A DNA stretch of 64,000 nucleotides from Pecten maximus (taxonomy: Eukaryota), in contig NC_047023.1 of the NCBI RefSeq assembly GCF_902652985.1, positions 10,416,001 to 10,480,000 of the forward strand, given 5' to 3'. Within the stretch, counting starts at the first letter, position 1. Each line of letters begins with the position of its first letter. Positions 1-13,974 of the stretch are shown here, one piece after another. The notes below the pieces were generated by a model that ran no database searches, had not been told where the DNA came from, and saw nothing but the letters and a program-made list of their open reading frames with translations. The translations under genes and the position numbers were made by a program.

Positions 1-1902
1 CGGTTGGTCTGATGATGTATGTTTACTTTGTAACACCATTGGAATCTCATTAGCCTGACTGTGCCCACTATTTCCTGATGAAGCATACGGTAACACGCTA
101 GAGAAATCATTCAATCTGTCTACAACAGACGCATTTATTCTTTTAGATGAAGATGACGTAACAGTTACAACTCGTGGGGTGCGTGGAACGATACTTGCCC
201 TTTGCTGTGGAGCTATCGGCACGTGTCGAGGAACATCGGTCATGGATTGTGACGAAGGATCCTGCGATTGTCGTGTTGACAAAGCACTCGTTAATGATTT
301 TGATTCCAACCTGGGTGTCATATTATCTCTGGGACTTATAGGCGGAGGAAGAGTTGGAGTATTTAAAGTATTTTCAGGGGCAGAATATTCAGGAACATTT
401 GTACTTATAGCACTAGTGTACACCGGATTGACATTTGCTTTTGCCGTTCGTGGACGAGACAGCCGTCTTTGAGGGACAGGCCTAGGAGCTTCTTGTTCAA
501 TCTCTACTGAATAAGAATGAGCTGTAACAGGACGTACAGGAATTCTGGTACTGGGAGACCGGTCTGGCCGAACAGGCAGCTGCCGTGATGGACTTCGTGC
601 GAAGTCCTGGTTATCAGGTCTACTTTGACGACTTCTAGAGCTGCTTGTATGATCAGGTGATCGTACACGGCGATTGCGATGTATTTCGGCATAACCAAGC
701 GACGGAGGTACTTTAGCAGTTTTCGGCCGATTTGTATCGCGACTTACTTCATTGTTATTGTGTGATTGAGGAAAGTGTTCCATCGCCCTGTCCTCGTTTG
801 ACACATGTTTCGCCGTTTGTGGCCTTCTTTTGACCTGCTTTGCGTCCCCATTTCTCACAGGAATCCCACTTCCGGGTCGGGATGTACGATGTTGTCCGTC
901 TACTGCCGTCGACTGTGTAGAATCATTACATACCATTGAAATCTGGGTTGCAGAAGGCACCACTCGCATCGGCGTTCCCTTGTAAGGACACCGCGTTTGT
1001 TTATTGGACTTTTCAGGCTTTGTGTGTGCCTGGCACCTGTCTCCTCTCTCTTGTCGTTTTGGCGGCACTGGTAACTCACGGTATTTCGGACGTGGTGCTG
1101 GTTTCTCGATTGGGACTTCCTGAACCGTAGGGGGTTTCTCCTCCTCGCATGGCATAAATACTTGGTCGTTTGGCAGTTCCTCTATGTCACTAACAGTATC
1201 ATCGACATTTTCTGCTGTTGGAATCACTATGCTCTTCACTACAGGTGACGGGATGGATGTCCCCCTGTTGCCAGAACTGCCATTGACATTATGACTAGAG
1301 GGAACAAAAGCAGTATTTGGCCGCTTGCGAGGTTTAGGTGACGGTCGAGCCCAGGTTGTGTTGTTATCTTGATCTGCAGAATCGTTGGCCGACATTTGAT
1401 GAAGGTTCGAAAGAGAGGGCTGTTTAACAAGCGACTTCGGTCTATATTCACGCGATTCTTCTTGGCTTGGTGTATTTGTGTCATCACTTCTACTGTCCTC
1501 GATATTCGGGGAATATTTACGATTGTTGTCATATTGACGAACAGGTAAAGCTGTCTTTGCGCGAGGTTTTATATTAAGTCTCTTTTCAGCTGCTGCTAAG
1601 ATAGCAGATGAAGCTGACGCTGTTTTGTTTCCTACACCCTTCATTTTTCCTGATGCTTCCAGCTCCTTCATCTTGATAATGTCTACCGTTGTCAGGTGAG
1701 ATTTGATTTTGGACGTGCGTTCGTTCATCTTATTACGGTAGTGGTTGATATCTCTACTATCTAGATTGAGGATGCGCATTGCGTACGCTTCCTCTACATT
1801 CAGGATGTTGATGTTTTTCTCGAGGAGGCGCTGTTCCTTGATATTGGACTTGACAGCATTGGACTCGAACTCTGCGTGAGTCCGCTTCTGTGGGATCGAC
1901 AT
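1..1902 (-). CDS. Uncharacterised protein, large coding exon, 3'-partial (runs off the window); N-terminal coiled-coil domain possibly CCDC190-like; paralog of the 12261..15661 gene
   Basis: ATG at 1902 directly follows the acceptor ttctttcag. I checked the frame codon by codon and found no stop in 634 codons to position 1. It starts MSIPQKRTHAEFESNAVKSNIKEQRLLEKNINILNVEEAYAMRILNLDSRDI and continues into a Ser/Pro/Arg-rich region. It is absent from the ORF track, presumably because it has no stop in the window. Confidence 0.88.
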   Translation of the reverse strand, partial: MSIPQKRTHAEFESNAVKSNIKEQRLLEKNINILNVEEAYAMRILNLDSRDINHYRNKMNERTSKIKSHLTTVDIIKMKELEASGKMKGVGNKTASASSAILAAAEKRLNIKPRAKTALPVRQYDNNRKYSPNIEDSRSDDTNTPSQEESREYRPKSLVKQPSLSNLHQMSANDSADQDNNTTWARPSPKPRKRPNTAFVPSSHNVNGSSGNRGTSIPSPVVKSIVIPTAENVDDTVSDIEELPNDQVFMPCEEEKPPTVQEVPIEKPAPRPKYRELPVPPKRQERGDRCQAHTKPEKSNKQTRCPYKGTPMRVVPSATQISMVCNDSTQSTAVDGQHRTSRPGSGIPVRNGDAKQVKRRPQTAKHVSNEDRAMEHFPQSHNNNEVSRDTNRPKTAKVPPSLGYAEIHRNRRVRSPDHTSSSRSRQSRPDNQDFARSPSRQLPVRPDRSPSTRIPVRPVTAHSYSVEIEQEAPRPVPQRRLSRPRTAKANVNPVYTSAISTNVPEYSAPENTLNTPTLPPPISPRDNMTPRLESKSLTSALSTRQSQDPSSQSMTDVPRHVPIAPQQRASIVPRTPRVVTVTSSSSKRINASVVDRLNDFSSVLPYASSGNSGHSQANEIPMVLQSKHTSSDQP

Positions 1903-1994
1903 CTGAAAGAAGATAGAGTCACACATTTACAATTTATTGTTTCTCTATGGGTCTCAGCACAATACTTTAACGGAAACAAAGTATAAAACTAGAC

Positions 1995-1995
<1 letters not shown>

Positions 1996-2025
<30 letters not shown>

Positions 2026-2031
2026 AAGAAG
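1996..2031. repeat. (GAA)n microsatellite
   Basis: About 12 perfect GAA units. Confidence 0.95.
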
Positions 2032-2040
2032 ACATCATTA

Positions 2041-5000
2041 TATCAAAACATTATCCTGTAGGGCGATATCATAGCATTATAAAACACGAAGATTACCGGG
2101 CTATCATAACATTATCCTGTAGGGCGATATCATAACGATATATAACACGACTATTAATACAACATAACAGGCTATCATAACAGTATCCTGTAGGGCGATA
2201 CCATAACGATATATAACACGAAGATTAATATAACATAACGGCTGTCATAACATTATCCTGTAGGGCGATACCATAACGATATATAACACGACTATTAATA
2301 CAACATAACAGGCTATCATAACATTATCCTGTAGGGCGATACCATAACGTATATAACACGAAGATTAATACAACATAACAGGCTATCATAACATTATCCT
2401 GTAGGGCGACACCATAACGTTATATAACACGAAGATTAATACAACATAACAGGCTATCATAACAGTATCCTGTAGGGCGATACCATAACGCTATATAACA
2501 CGAAGATCAACGGGCTATCATAACAGTATCCTGTAGGGCGATACCATAACGCTATATAACACGAAGATTAATATAACATAACAGGCTATCATAACAGTAA
2601 CCTGTAGGGCGATACCATAGCGATATATAACACGAAGATTAACGGGCTATCATAACAGTATCCTGTAGGGCGATACCATAACGTTATATAACACGACTAT
2701 TAATATAACATAACGGGCTATCATAACATTATCCTGTAGGGCGATACCATAACGATATATAACACGAAGATTAATACAACATAACAGGCTATCATAACAG
2801 TATCCTGTAGGGCGACACCATAACGTTATATAACACGAAGATCAACGGGCTATCATAACATTATCCTGTAGGGCGATACCATAACGATATATAACACGAA
2901 GATTAATACAACATAACAGGCTATCATAACATTATCCTGTAGGGCGATACCATAACGTTATATAACACGAAGATTAATATAACATAACATTCTATCATAA
3001 CAGTATCCTGTAGGGCGATACCATAACGTTATATAACACGAATATTAATATAACATAACGGGCTATCATAACAGTATCCTGTAGGGCGATACCATAACGA
3101 TATATAACACGACTATTAATACAACATAACAGGCTATCATAACATTATCCTGTAGGGCGATACCATAACGTTATATAACACGAAGATTAATACAACATAA
3201 CGGGCTATCATAACAGTATCCTGTAGGGCGACACCATAACGATATATAACACGAAGATTAATACAACATAACGGGCTATCATAACAGTATCCTGTAGGGC
3301 GACACCATAACGTTATATAACACGAAGATTAATACAACATAACAGGCTATCATAACAGTATCCTGTAGGGCGATACCATAACATTATATAACACGAAGAT
3401 TAATACAACATAACGGGCTATCATAACAGTATCATGTAGGGCGATACCATAACGTTATATAACACGACTATTAATACAACATAACAGGCTATCATAACAG
3501 TATCCTGTAGGGCGACACCATAACGATATATAACACGAAGATTAATACAACATAACGGGCTATCATAACAGTATCCTGTAGGGCGACACCATAACGTTAT
3601 ATAACACGAAGATTAATACAACATAACAGGCTATCATAACAGTATCCTGTAGGGCGACACCATAACGTTATATAACACGACTATTAATACAACATAACGG
3701 GCTATCATAACATTATCCTGTAGGGCGATACCATAACATTATATAACACGAAGATTAATACAACATAACGGGCTATCATAACAGTATCATGTAGGGCGAT
3801 ACCATAACGTTATATAACACGACTATTAATACAACATAACGGGCTATCATAACAGTAACCTGTAGGGCGATACCATAACGATATATAACACGAAGATTAA
3901 TACAACATAACGGGCTATCATAACAGTATCCTGTAGGGCGATACCATAACGATATATAACACGAAGATTAACAGGCTATCATAACAGTATCCTGTAGGGC
4001 GATACCATAACGATATATAACACGACTATTAATATAACATAACGGGCTATCATAACATTATCCTGTAGGGCGATACCATAACGTATAACACGTAGATTAA
4101 CGGGCTATCATAACGTTATCTTGTAGGGCGACACCATAACGATATATAACACGAAGATTAATATAACATAACGGCTATCATAACATTATCCTGTAGGGCG
4201 ATACCATAACGTATATAACACGAATATTAATACAACATAACAGGCTATCATAACATTATCCTGTAGGGCGATACCATAACGTATAACACGTAGATTAACG
4301 GGCTATCATAACGTTATCTTGTAGGGCGACACCATAACGATATATAACACGAAGATTAATACAACATAACAGACTATCATAACAGTATCCTGTAGGGCGA
4401 TATCATAACGATATATAACACGAATATTAATACAACATAACAGGCTATTATAACAGTATCCTGTAGGGCGATACCATCACGTTATATAACACGAAGATTA
4501 ATAAAACATAACAGACTATCATAACATTATCCTGTAGGGCGATACCATAACGATATATAACACGAAGATTAATACAACATAACAGACTATCATAACATTA
4601 TCCTGTAGGGCGATACCATAACGTTATATAACACGAAGATTAATACAACATAACAGGCTATCATACCATTATCCTGTAGGGCGACACCATAACGATATAT
4701 AACACGAAGATTAATACAACATAACAGACTATCATAACATTATCCTGTAGGGCGATACCATAACGATATATAACACGAAGATTAACGGGCTATCATAACA
4801 GTATCCTGTAGGGCGACACCATAACGATATATAACACGAAGATTAATACAACATAACAGACTACCATAACAGTATCCTGTAGGGCGATACCATAACGATA
4901 TATAACACGAAGATTAATACAACATAACAGGCTATCATAACAGTATCCTGTAGGGCGACACCATAACGATATATAACACGAAGATTAATACAACATAACA

Positions 5001-8000
5001 GGCTATCATCAAATTATTATTTAGGGCGACACCATAACGATATATAACACGAAGATTAACAGGCTATCATAACATTATCCTGTAGGGCGACACCATAACG
5101 ATATATAACACGAAGATTAATACAACATAACAGGCTATCATAACATTATCCTGTAGGGCGATACCATAACGATATATAACACGAAGATTAACGGGCTATC
5201 ATACCATTATCCTGTAGGGCGACACCATAACGATATATAACACGAAGATTAATACAACATAACAGGCTATCATAACGTTATCCTGTAGGGCGATACCATA
5301 ACGATATATAACACGAAGATTAATACAACATAACAGGCTATCATAACGTTATCCTGTAGGACGATACCATAACGCTATGTAACACGAAGATTAACAGGCT
5401 ATCATAACATTATCCTGTAGGGCGATACCATAACGATATATAACACGAAGATTAACAGGCTATCATGCCATTATCCTGTAGGGCGATACCATAACGATAT
5501 ATAACACGAAGATTAATATAACATAACAGGCTATTATAACAGTATCCTGTAGGGCGACACCATAACGCTATATAACACGAAGATTAATACAACATAACAG
5601 ACTATCATAACAGTATCCTGTAGGGCGATACCATAACGATATATAACACTAAGATTGATATAACATAACGGCTATCATAACAGTATCCTGTAGGGCGATA
5701 CCATAACGTTATATAACACGACTATTAATACAACATAACAGTCTATTATAACAGTATCCTGTAGGGCGATACCATAACGATATATAACACGACTATTAAT
5801 ATAACATAACGGCTATCATAACAGTATCCTGTAGGGCGATACCATAACGCTATATAACACGAAGATTAATACAACATAACGGGCTATCATAACAGTATCC
5901 TGTAGGGCGACACCATAACGATATATAACACGAAGATTAACGGGCTATCATAACAGTATCCTGTAGGGCGATACCATAACGATATATAACACGAAGATTG
6001 ATACAACATAACAGGCTATCATAACATTATCCTGTAGGGCGATACCATAACGATATATAACACGAAGATTGATACAACATAACAGGCTATCATAACATTA
6101 TCCTGTAGGGCGATACCATAACGATATATAACACGAAGATTGATACAACATAACAGGCTATCATAACATTATCCTGTAGGGCGATACCATAACGATATAT
6201 AACACGAAGATTAATATAACATAACGGCTATCATAACATTATCCTGTAGGGCGATACCATAACGATATATAACACGAAGATTAATACAACATAACAGGCT
6301 ATCATAACATTATCCTGTAGGGCGATACCATAACGATATATAACACGAAGATTAATATAACATAACAGGCTATCATAACATTATCCTGTAGGGCGATACC
6401 ATAACGATATATAACACGAAGATTAATACAACATAACAGGCTATCATAACATTATCCTGTAGGGCGATACCATAACGATATATAACACGAAGATTAATAT
6501 AACATAACGGCTATCATAACATTATCCTGTAGGGCGATACCATAACGATATATAACACGAAGATTAATATAACATAACTGCTATCATAACAGTATCCTGT
6601 AGGGCGATACCATAACGTTATATAACACGAAGATTAATACAACATAACAGACTATTATAACATTATCCTGTAGGGCGATACCATAACGTTATATAACACG
6701 AAGATTAATACAACATAACAGGCTATCATAACAGTATCCTGTAGGGCGACACCATAACGATATATAACACCACTATTAATACAACATAACGGGCTATCAT
6801 AACATTATCCTGTAGGGCGACACCATAACGATATATAACACGAAGATTAATACAACATAACAGTCTATCATAACAGTATCCTGTAGGGCGATACCATAAC
6901 GTTATATAACACGAAGATTAACGGGCTATCATAACAGTATCCTGTAGGGCGATACCATAACGATATATAACACGAAGATTAATACAACATAACAGGCTAT
7001 CATAACATTATCCTGTAGGGCGATACCATAACGTTATATAACACGAAGATTAATACAACATAACGGTCTATCATAACAGTATCCTGTAGGGCGATACCAT
7101 AACGTTATATAACACGAAGATTAATACAACATAACAGGCTATCATAACATTATCCTGTAGGGCGATACCATAACGTTATATAACACGAAGATTAATACAA
7201 CATAACGGTCTATCATAACAGTATCCTGTAGGGCGATACCATAACGTTATATAACACGAAGATCAACGGGCTATCATAACAGTATCCTGTAGGGCGATAC
7301 CATAACGATATATAACACGACTATTAATACAACATAACAGGCTATTATAACATTATCCTGTAGGGCGATACCATAACGGTATATAACACGAAGATTAATA
7401 CAACATAACAGGCTATCATAACAGTATCCTGTAGGGCGATACCATAACGTTATATAACACGAAGATTAATACAACATAACAGGCTATCATAACAGTATCC
7501 TGTAGGGCGATACCATAACGATATATAACACGAAGATCAACGGGCTATCATAACAGTATCCTGTAGGGCGATACCATAACGATATATAACACGAAGATTA
7601 ATACAACATAACGGGCTATCATAACAGTATCCTGTAGGGCGATACCATAGCGATATATAACACGACTATTAATACAACATAACGGCTATCATAACAGTAT
7701 CATGTAGGGCGATACCATAACGATATATAACACGAAGATTAATACAACATAACGGCTATCATAACATTATCCTGTAGGGCGATACCATAGCGATATATAA
7801 CACGAATATTAATACAACATAACAGGCTATCATAACAGTATCATGTAGGGCGATACCATAACGCTATATAACACGAAGATTAATACAACATAACATGCTA
7901 TCATAACAGTATCCTGTAGGGCGATACCATAACGATATATAACACGAAGATTAATACAACATAACAGGCTATCATAACATTATCCTGTAGGGCGATACCA

Positions 8001-8500
8001 TAACGATATATAACACGAAGATTAATACAACATAACAGACTATCATAACAGTATCCTGTAGGGCGATACCATAACGATATATAACACGAATATTAATACA
8101 ACATAACGGACTATCATAACAGTATCCTGTAGGGCGATACCATAACGTTATATAACACTAAGATTGATATAACATAACAGGCTATCATAACAGTATCCTG
8201 TAGGGCGATACCATAACGCTATATAACACGAAGATTAATATAACATAACGGCTATCATAACATTATCCTATAGGGCGATACCATAACGATATATAACACG
8301 AAGATTAACGGGCTATCATAACATTATCCTGTAGGGCGATACCATAACGTTATATAACACGAAGATCAACGGGCTATCATAACAGTATCCTGTAGGGCGA
8401 TACCATAACGATATATAACACGAAGATTAATACAACATAACGGTCTATTATAACATTATCCTGTAGGGCGATACCATAACAATATATAACACGAATAATC
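2041..8500. repeat. 6.5-kb tandem satellite with 71-bp and 61-bp unit variants (~90 copies)
   Basis: Unit ggctatcataacattatcctgtagggcgataccataacgatatataacacgaagattaatacaacataaca. The cctgtagg motif recurs at 6031/6102 (71 bp) and 5353/5414 (61 bp). Confidence 0.97.
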
Positions 8501-8948
8501 TAACGGAGATTATATATCATTGTACATTGTGATACGAAGTGACATTATTTAAAACAATTTGTTTTATAAATGACTGAAGACTCAACCTTTTCTGAATAGC
8601 TAAGATGCATCTGTGTTATTTTGCCAAAACGCACTGGCAGCTTTAAAATAACCCGCTCACTATGTTGACTATATCAATCTACTGGTGTCTGTCTATTCTC
8701 CATGTTCTAAAATTAGCAACGAATGATGATTTGTTTTTCAATATTCAGGATTCTACATTTTTCGATATCAATAGGTTGGCACTGTGAAATATTCATTAAT
8801 GTTGTATCCTCATTATATACAAAATGATCGTAAGTTGGGTTCATATTGTTTTTAACTGCATTTGTACTTATAATGGAAGCAATGCTACAGTACTGACAAA
8901 AAACGATCGGACCTGTTTAAAAATCACCAATGTCATAGGTTAGATGTT

Positions 8949-8973
8949 TATATATATATATATATATATATAT
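8949..8973. repeat. (TA)n microsatellite
   Basis: Perfect TA run. Confidence 0.9.
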
Positions 8974-10995
8974 TGTTTCCATTATCAGAATCAATCTATA
9001 TCAAAAATAGGATCAATCAGTCGACGTCATCTTACCTTTTATGTTGTCTGGCTCACACCTCCATTTTAGTTATAACAATATATTTATATTATATGATTCC
9101 TGTCACCCTTTCTTCCTCTGCCATTTTGAAATTTAACTGTATAAACGATACCAATGCGATTGAACACAAAGAACCAGTATAGACGTATCCGATTATACCG
9201 ACACTCACTCCTGGTCACTAATGCGGATTATCCCGATTGGCCTGCAATTGTAATTTATACGAGTTCATTGTCTAAGGTGCATTATAATCCATTTCTTTAT
9301 TTCATATGAGAAGTACTTTCTTGCCACTGTTGAAAATACCCACTGGACCTGAGAGGTTAGAGGTTATCGAATACAGTTGCTTGTCCTTTGGTAGAAACTA
9401 CAAGGTTAAGTCGCTTATAATCCTGTTTCTTCACTGGTTATAACTTGTGTACTGACGAATATCTGTTGTATTTTGATAGGATTGTTAATTGAAAACATTA
9501 TCGAGTTATACCTTTGTGAAACATGTATTAAGAGAAGTTATTTGTGACTGTCACAAAAAGAGCCCTTCCTAGCTTTGGTTCAACAATTACTTTTCCTGGA
9601 AAATCCAACAGTGGACCTCTTGTAAATTACTAGGGTGCAAAGTTCAGTTTAACTAAGTAATCTGTTGTTACCCAGATGTAGCTATTGTGGCCTGAAATCT
9701 ATACTTTAATATCATAGATTTCATTAAAAACCGTCAGTACTTTTGTTTACTGTGTTTTGGCGTATCATTTAATGACACCAATCTTAAATTTCCCTTAACT
9801 CACACGATTACATTTAATTACCTTGATTGACAAATTTAATGACCCCATACCAGGAATCGGAATTACCTTTATGTGCGCGACATGAAGTTAGACGCGTTTG
9901 ATATCCGTAGATATTCATCGATCCATTTTCACCAACCCGGTTATCCGTTTGAGAACATGACATTATCTTTTATATAGAATTATATTGCGGTTGTCACAAA
10001 TGAAAGAGACGATTGATATCCTTCCGGACTATCTGCTCTTAATCTCCTTATACAGTACTTTTAAACGGTCTCCATACGTCAAATATTAGTTTGTTTTAAG
10101 TCAGAATTACATTAACCGTGACACGTATATTTTCCAATGTCTTAAGGGTGTATGTAGTTACCATGATCGATTGGCTAACTATTGTTAGATGGTTGAGTGG
10201 ACTATACGGATTTACCTGACTAATGCACCTCAATACATAGAGTATAGGTTTTCCCTCGACTAATGTACATACATAACTTGTCACTTTGTTTCCACATACA
10301 AAGTACGTGTATTTACTGAAGTCTCTTATCTACAGCTGTTTACTGTTAGTATTTGTTTAACCTTACCTGTCTTACAAATAACAATGTATATGTTTCGTCA
10401 TAGAGTATGCTTATTGACTACAGCCATTACGCAATGTCGATAACAATATCATTACAATATTTAAGGACATTTACAAGCGGGCTCATTTGTACGATGTCAA
10501 GACCGGTGATATATCGGGGAAATGTCTGTTCTTGGAAACAGTCAGTAGAAAACAATATTATCATTCAACATAATGTCTGAAATTTTCCATGGATTATTTT
10601 AAGGAGATAGTATGCCATAGTCCAATGCCTTATTAGCCAAAACTGTTGACCTGATTTATTGTGTCTAGAGGCATGAAACAATTGTTTGACTGTTGACCAG
10701 CTTGTACCGATTTTCTAGTAATTTTTCCGTCCTGGAGAAATACTTGATTTTCAGAGAAAAATTATATATGACGTCATATGTATATGTATATATATGGCCG
10801 ATATGTTGAAAACCCCTAAAAACAGTTATAATTCCCAACAATAACGTCAATCGTTTCCTGGATGTATTTAGTATGTAGTTACCTCCTCATGGAGATCATG
10901 TGATTTTAAGTCCAGAACTACAACAGACTTTGATCTTTTTGACATTTATGTTTTGATATATCTTAAGTTCATATAGGTTAAACTTTAAATGGAGC

Positions 10996-11405
10996 CTCAT
11001 AGCCAGGACATGTCCTTATAGCCAGGACATGTCCTTATAGCCAGGACATGCTCATAGCCAGGACATGCTCATAGCCAGGACATGCTCTTAGTCAGGACAT
11101 GCTCATAGCCATGACATATGTTCATAGCCAGGACATATGCTCATAGCCAGGACATATGCTCATAGCCAGGACATGCTCATAGCCAGGACATATGCTCATA
11201 GCCAGGACATGCTCTTAGTCAGGACAAGCTCATAGCCATGACATATGCTCATAGCCAGGACATATGCTCATAGCCAGGACATATGCTCATAGCCATGGCA
11301 TGCTCATAGCCAGGACATATGCTCATAGCCAGGACATCTGCTCATAGCCAGGACATATGCTCATAGCCAGGACATCTGCTCATAGCCAGGACATGCTTAT
11401 AGCCA
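10996..11405. repeat. 17/19-bp minisatellite ctcatagccaggacat(at)g, ~22 copies
   Basis: Tandem copies directly visible. Confidence 0.95.
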
Positions 11406-12260
11406 CGATGGTATGATGCATTGGAATGCGGAGTAACTATCTTAGGAATTGTGAGATAACTGCCTCGGCGATGGTGAGACAATGTTCATAAGTTGGCAAG
11501 GGAATTGTTTTGAAATAGTCAGATTATTTTATTCGAGATGACAAAATAACTGTCTGGGCTGATAAGGTAACTTTCTGATTGACAGCAAAATAACTTTACT
11601 GGAGAAGACGAGAAAATGCGCTACCAGTGTTGAAGAAACAGCGATATCTAATCACCTAAGAAAGATTCTATGTTTCCAAACATTATCCTCATGTCCAGTT
11701 TAAGATTCTAAATGCGGTGTTGACTATCTGTTTTGAATTATCGCCATCGATGATATTGTATGCCTCAAAGTTGGCCTTGGATATGGCGGAGATATTTTGC
11801 ACCTCTATTATTGTGATTAGAAACACTTATGTTAAGAGAAAAAGAAATGTCCATACTTGGCCATGCATTTAAAGAAGAAGCAACAATGGGTGTGTTTTTT
11901 AAATGCAAAGTAAAACAAAAGTAATACAAGGTTGGTGTTATATCTTTGTCAAATGTCTATTATATCATAACAATTTTAGTTTGATAAATAGTTAATTGAT
12001 GAATGAAATATGCTTAACACATAATCCCTAAAGTTTAGAGATAGTCAAAACGTCATCAAAAACTCAAAACAAGAATTTTTTCGTCGTTTAAAGAGTTCCA
12101 ATGTCGTTAATAAATACATAGCATGTCAATGTTCAACATAGATTAAATTACTAGGGTAATTACTTCATGGTGTCTTGAATAGTAATCAGAATAAATATTC
12201 ATGATATGGCTTTAAATCATTGTCAATTTATTTGTCACCAGAACACATGATAGCCATTCA

Positions 12261-13423
12261 TTACATCTCCTCGATGTTTTGTCGCATTGCACCTAGCAGT
12301 CTCATTTGTTCTGAAGCCAACGTTACTATACCAGACAAGTCGATTTTGTCTGATGGCACTCTTAAATACCGGCACTTATTGACGTCCTTCCACATCTCTT
12401 GTGCACGACGTTTCCTTTCCTCCTCTGATATCGAAGACCTATGCATACCCTGCCTCATTTTATTGAGCCTTGATGCCTTGGCACGTTCCCCAGCTTCCCG
12501 TCGTGCTTGACGTAGAACACTGTCTGGAATATCCATGCTGGGAACAATGACCGACATCTGTCGGTTCTTCTTCTCCATCTCTCTGATATACATGTCTAGT
12601 CGTTCCATAAATATTTCCTTTTGATCCAGCAGGTCATGTACCCGTTCCTGTTCCCCAGATATCATTTTCTGTCGTCTTTCCTCATACGGGTCGTCTCCTA
12701 GGTATTCCCCGATCCTGTCGTCTCCTCCGGAGAACATATCCAGTCTCGATGGAGCAGCGCCGTCGCGATCCTGTAATGTGTGACAGGAGAATTGCCCAGC
12801 AGAAGCATTGCTGTATCGCGTGACATTAGACACGCGGCTGAGACTAAGTCTATCCGGCCCTATGTCATATCCTTCCTCCACTTTATCCGTTTTCTTATGT
12901 TTGCCCTCCTTATCTAAAAGCACTATAGCATCATCCTGATGTTCCATAAGATTGTTATGCAAGGGTTTCCCTATCAAATGAGGTTTCTTGTCACATGATC
13001 TAGGAACAGCAAGGGTGTTTGGGTCTGGCTCATTAACGGGCGGTCCATTATCAGTTCCCTGTGCTGAAGGATCAGGACAGACCGACACCGATTCCGTGTC
13101 TATCCGAACATGCATCTTTTTATGATTATTTTGTTTCTGGTCGTTGACATCTTCCGATGAAATAGTATTTTTTGATTCTCGAATTTTCGTCATTATACTT
13201 TTGACGGAGTTGACAAGGATAGATGCTGGCTTGCTATCGGATCTGGCCACCATGGGACTTCGTGGACTATGCGGACTTCGTGGACTTTTTGGATTTTTGA
13301 CATTGGCAGTATCCAGATCCGAGGAGCGTTGAGAGAACTGACCCGATTTTGATAGTTGTTTTCCATAAGAGGGTTTGTTTCGCGGTATCCCTTTAGGTAA
13401 CTCTGTGGTCTCCATAACTACAC
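12261..13423 (-). CDS. Uncharacterised (possibly CCDC190-like) protein, last coding exon; spliced protein 556 aa
   Basis: Acceptor ttttttgcag|GT at 13424/13423, phase 1, joins the 15154..15661 exon (G+GT = Gly). The C-terminus is helical and ends WKDVNKCRYLRVPSDKIDLSGIVTLASEQMRLLGAMRQNIEEM*. Total CDS 508+1163 = 1671 nt. Confidence 0.85.
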
Positions 13424-13439
13424 CTGCAAAAAATGACAA

Positions 13440-13740
13440 ATAAAATTTTTTACCGTGGAAATATTTATCTTTGTGAGTCAACAATAGTAGTTATTCCCCT
13501 GAAAATATTTATTTTTGTGGGTCAGCAATAGTAGTTATTGCCGAGAAAATGTGTTTTTTTGGGGTCAACAAATGTAGTTATTCCCGTGGAAATATGTATC
13601 TTTGTGGTTCAACTATAGTAGTTATTCCCGTGAATTTTTTTTTATTTTTGTGGGTCAGCAATAGTAGTTATTCCCATGAAGATGTTTATTATTGTGGGTT
13701 AGCAATAGTTATTCCCGTGAAAATATTTATTTTTTGGATA
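13440..13740. repeat. ~44-bp degenerate minisatellite next to a splice acceptor, ~7 copies
   Basis: Repeats of gaaatatttatctttgtgggtcagcaatagtagttattcccgtg. Confidence 0.85.
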
Positions 13741-13974
13741 AATAAATGTCTGAAATGGTATAATGATATCAAATAATGCCATCAACTTCAGTACACAGAC
13801 GTACGTATAAAGCAGGCACGTAAAGAATTTTGTGATTGATTAAACAGGAAACAAAGTTAATGGAAAATCAGATATACGATATAAATTATTTCTTTTCCAC
13901 TGTTCTCACTATCGTTCGTGTTTTCATTAGGGTATTTGTTGATATTGTAATTCTTTGTTAGTATTAACTTTCTA

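Noticed and set aside
2041-8500. Long regular array considered as a possible CRISPR-like locus
   Set aside because: There are no unique spacers, the whole unit repeats, the context is eukaryotic and no cas genes are present. It is an ordinary satellite.
13424-13484. ORF-track N-terminus MLTHKDKY... of the 407-aa ORF
   Set aside because: Intronic; it lies upstream of the acceptor at 13424 and overlaps a minisatellite.
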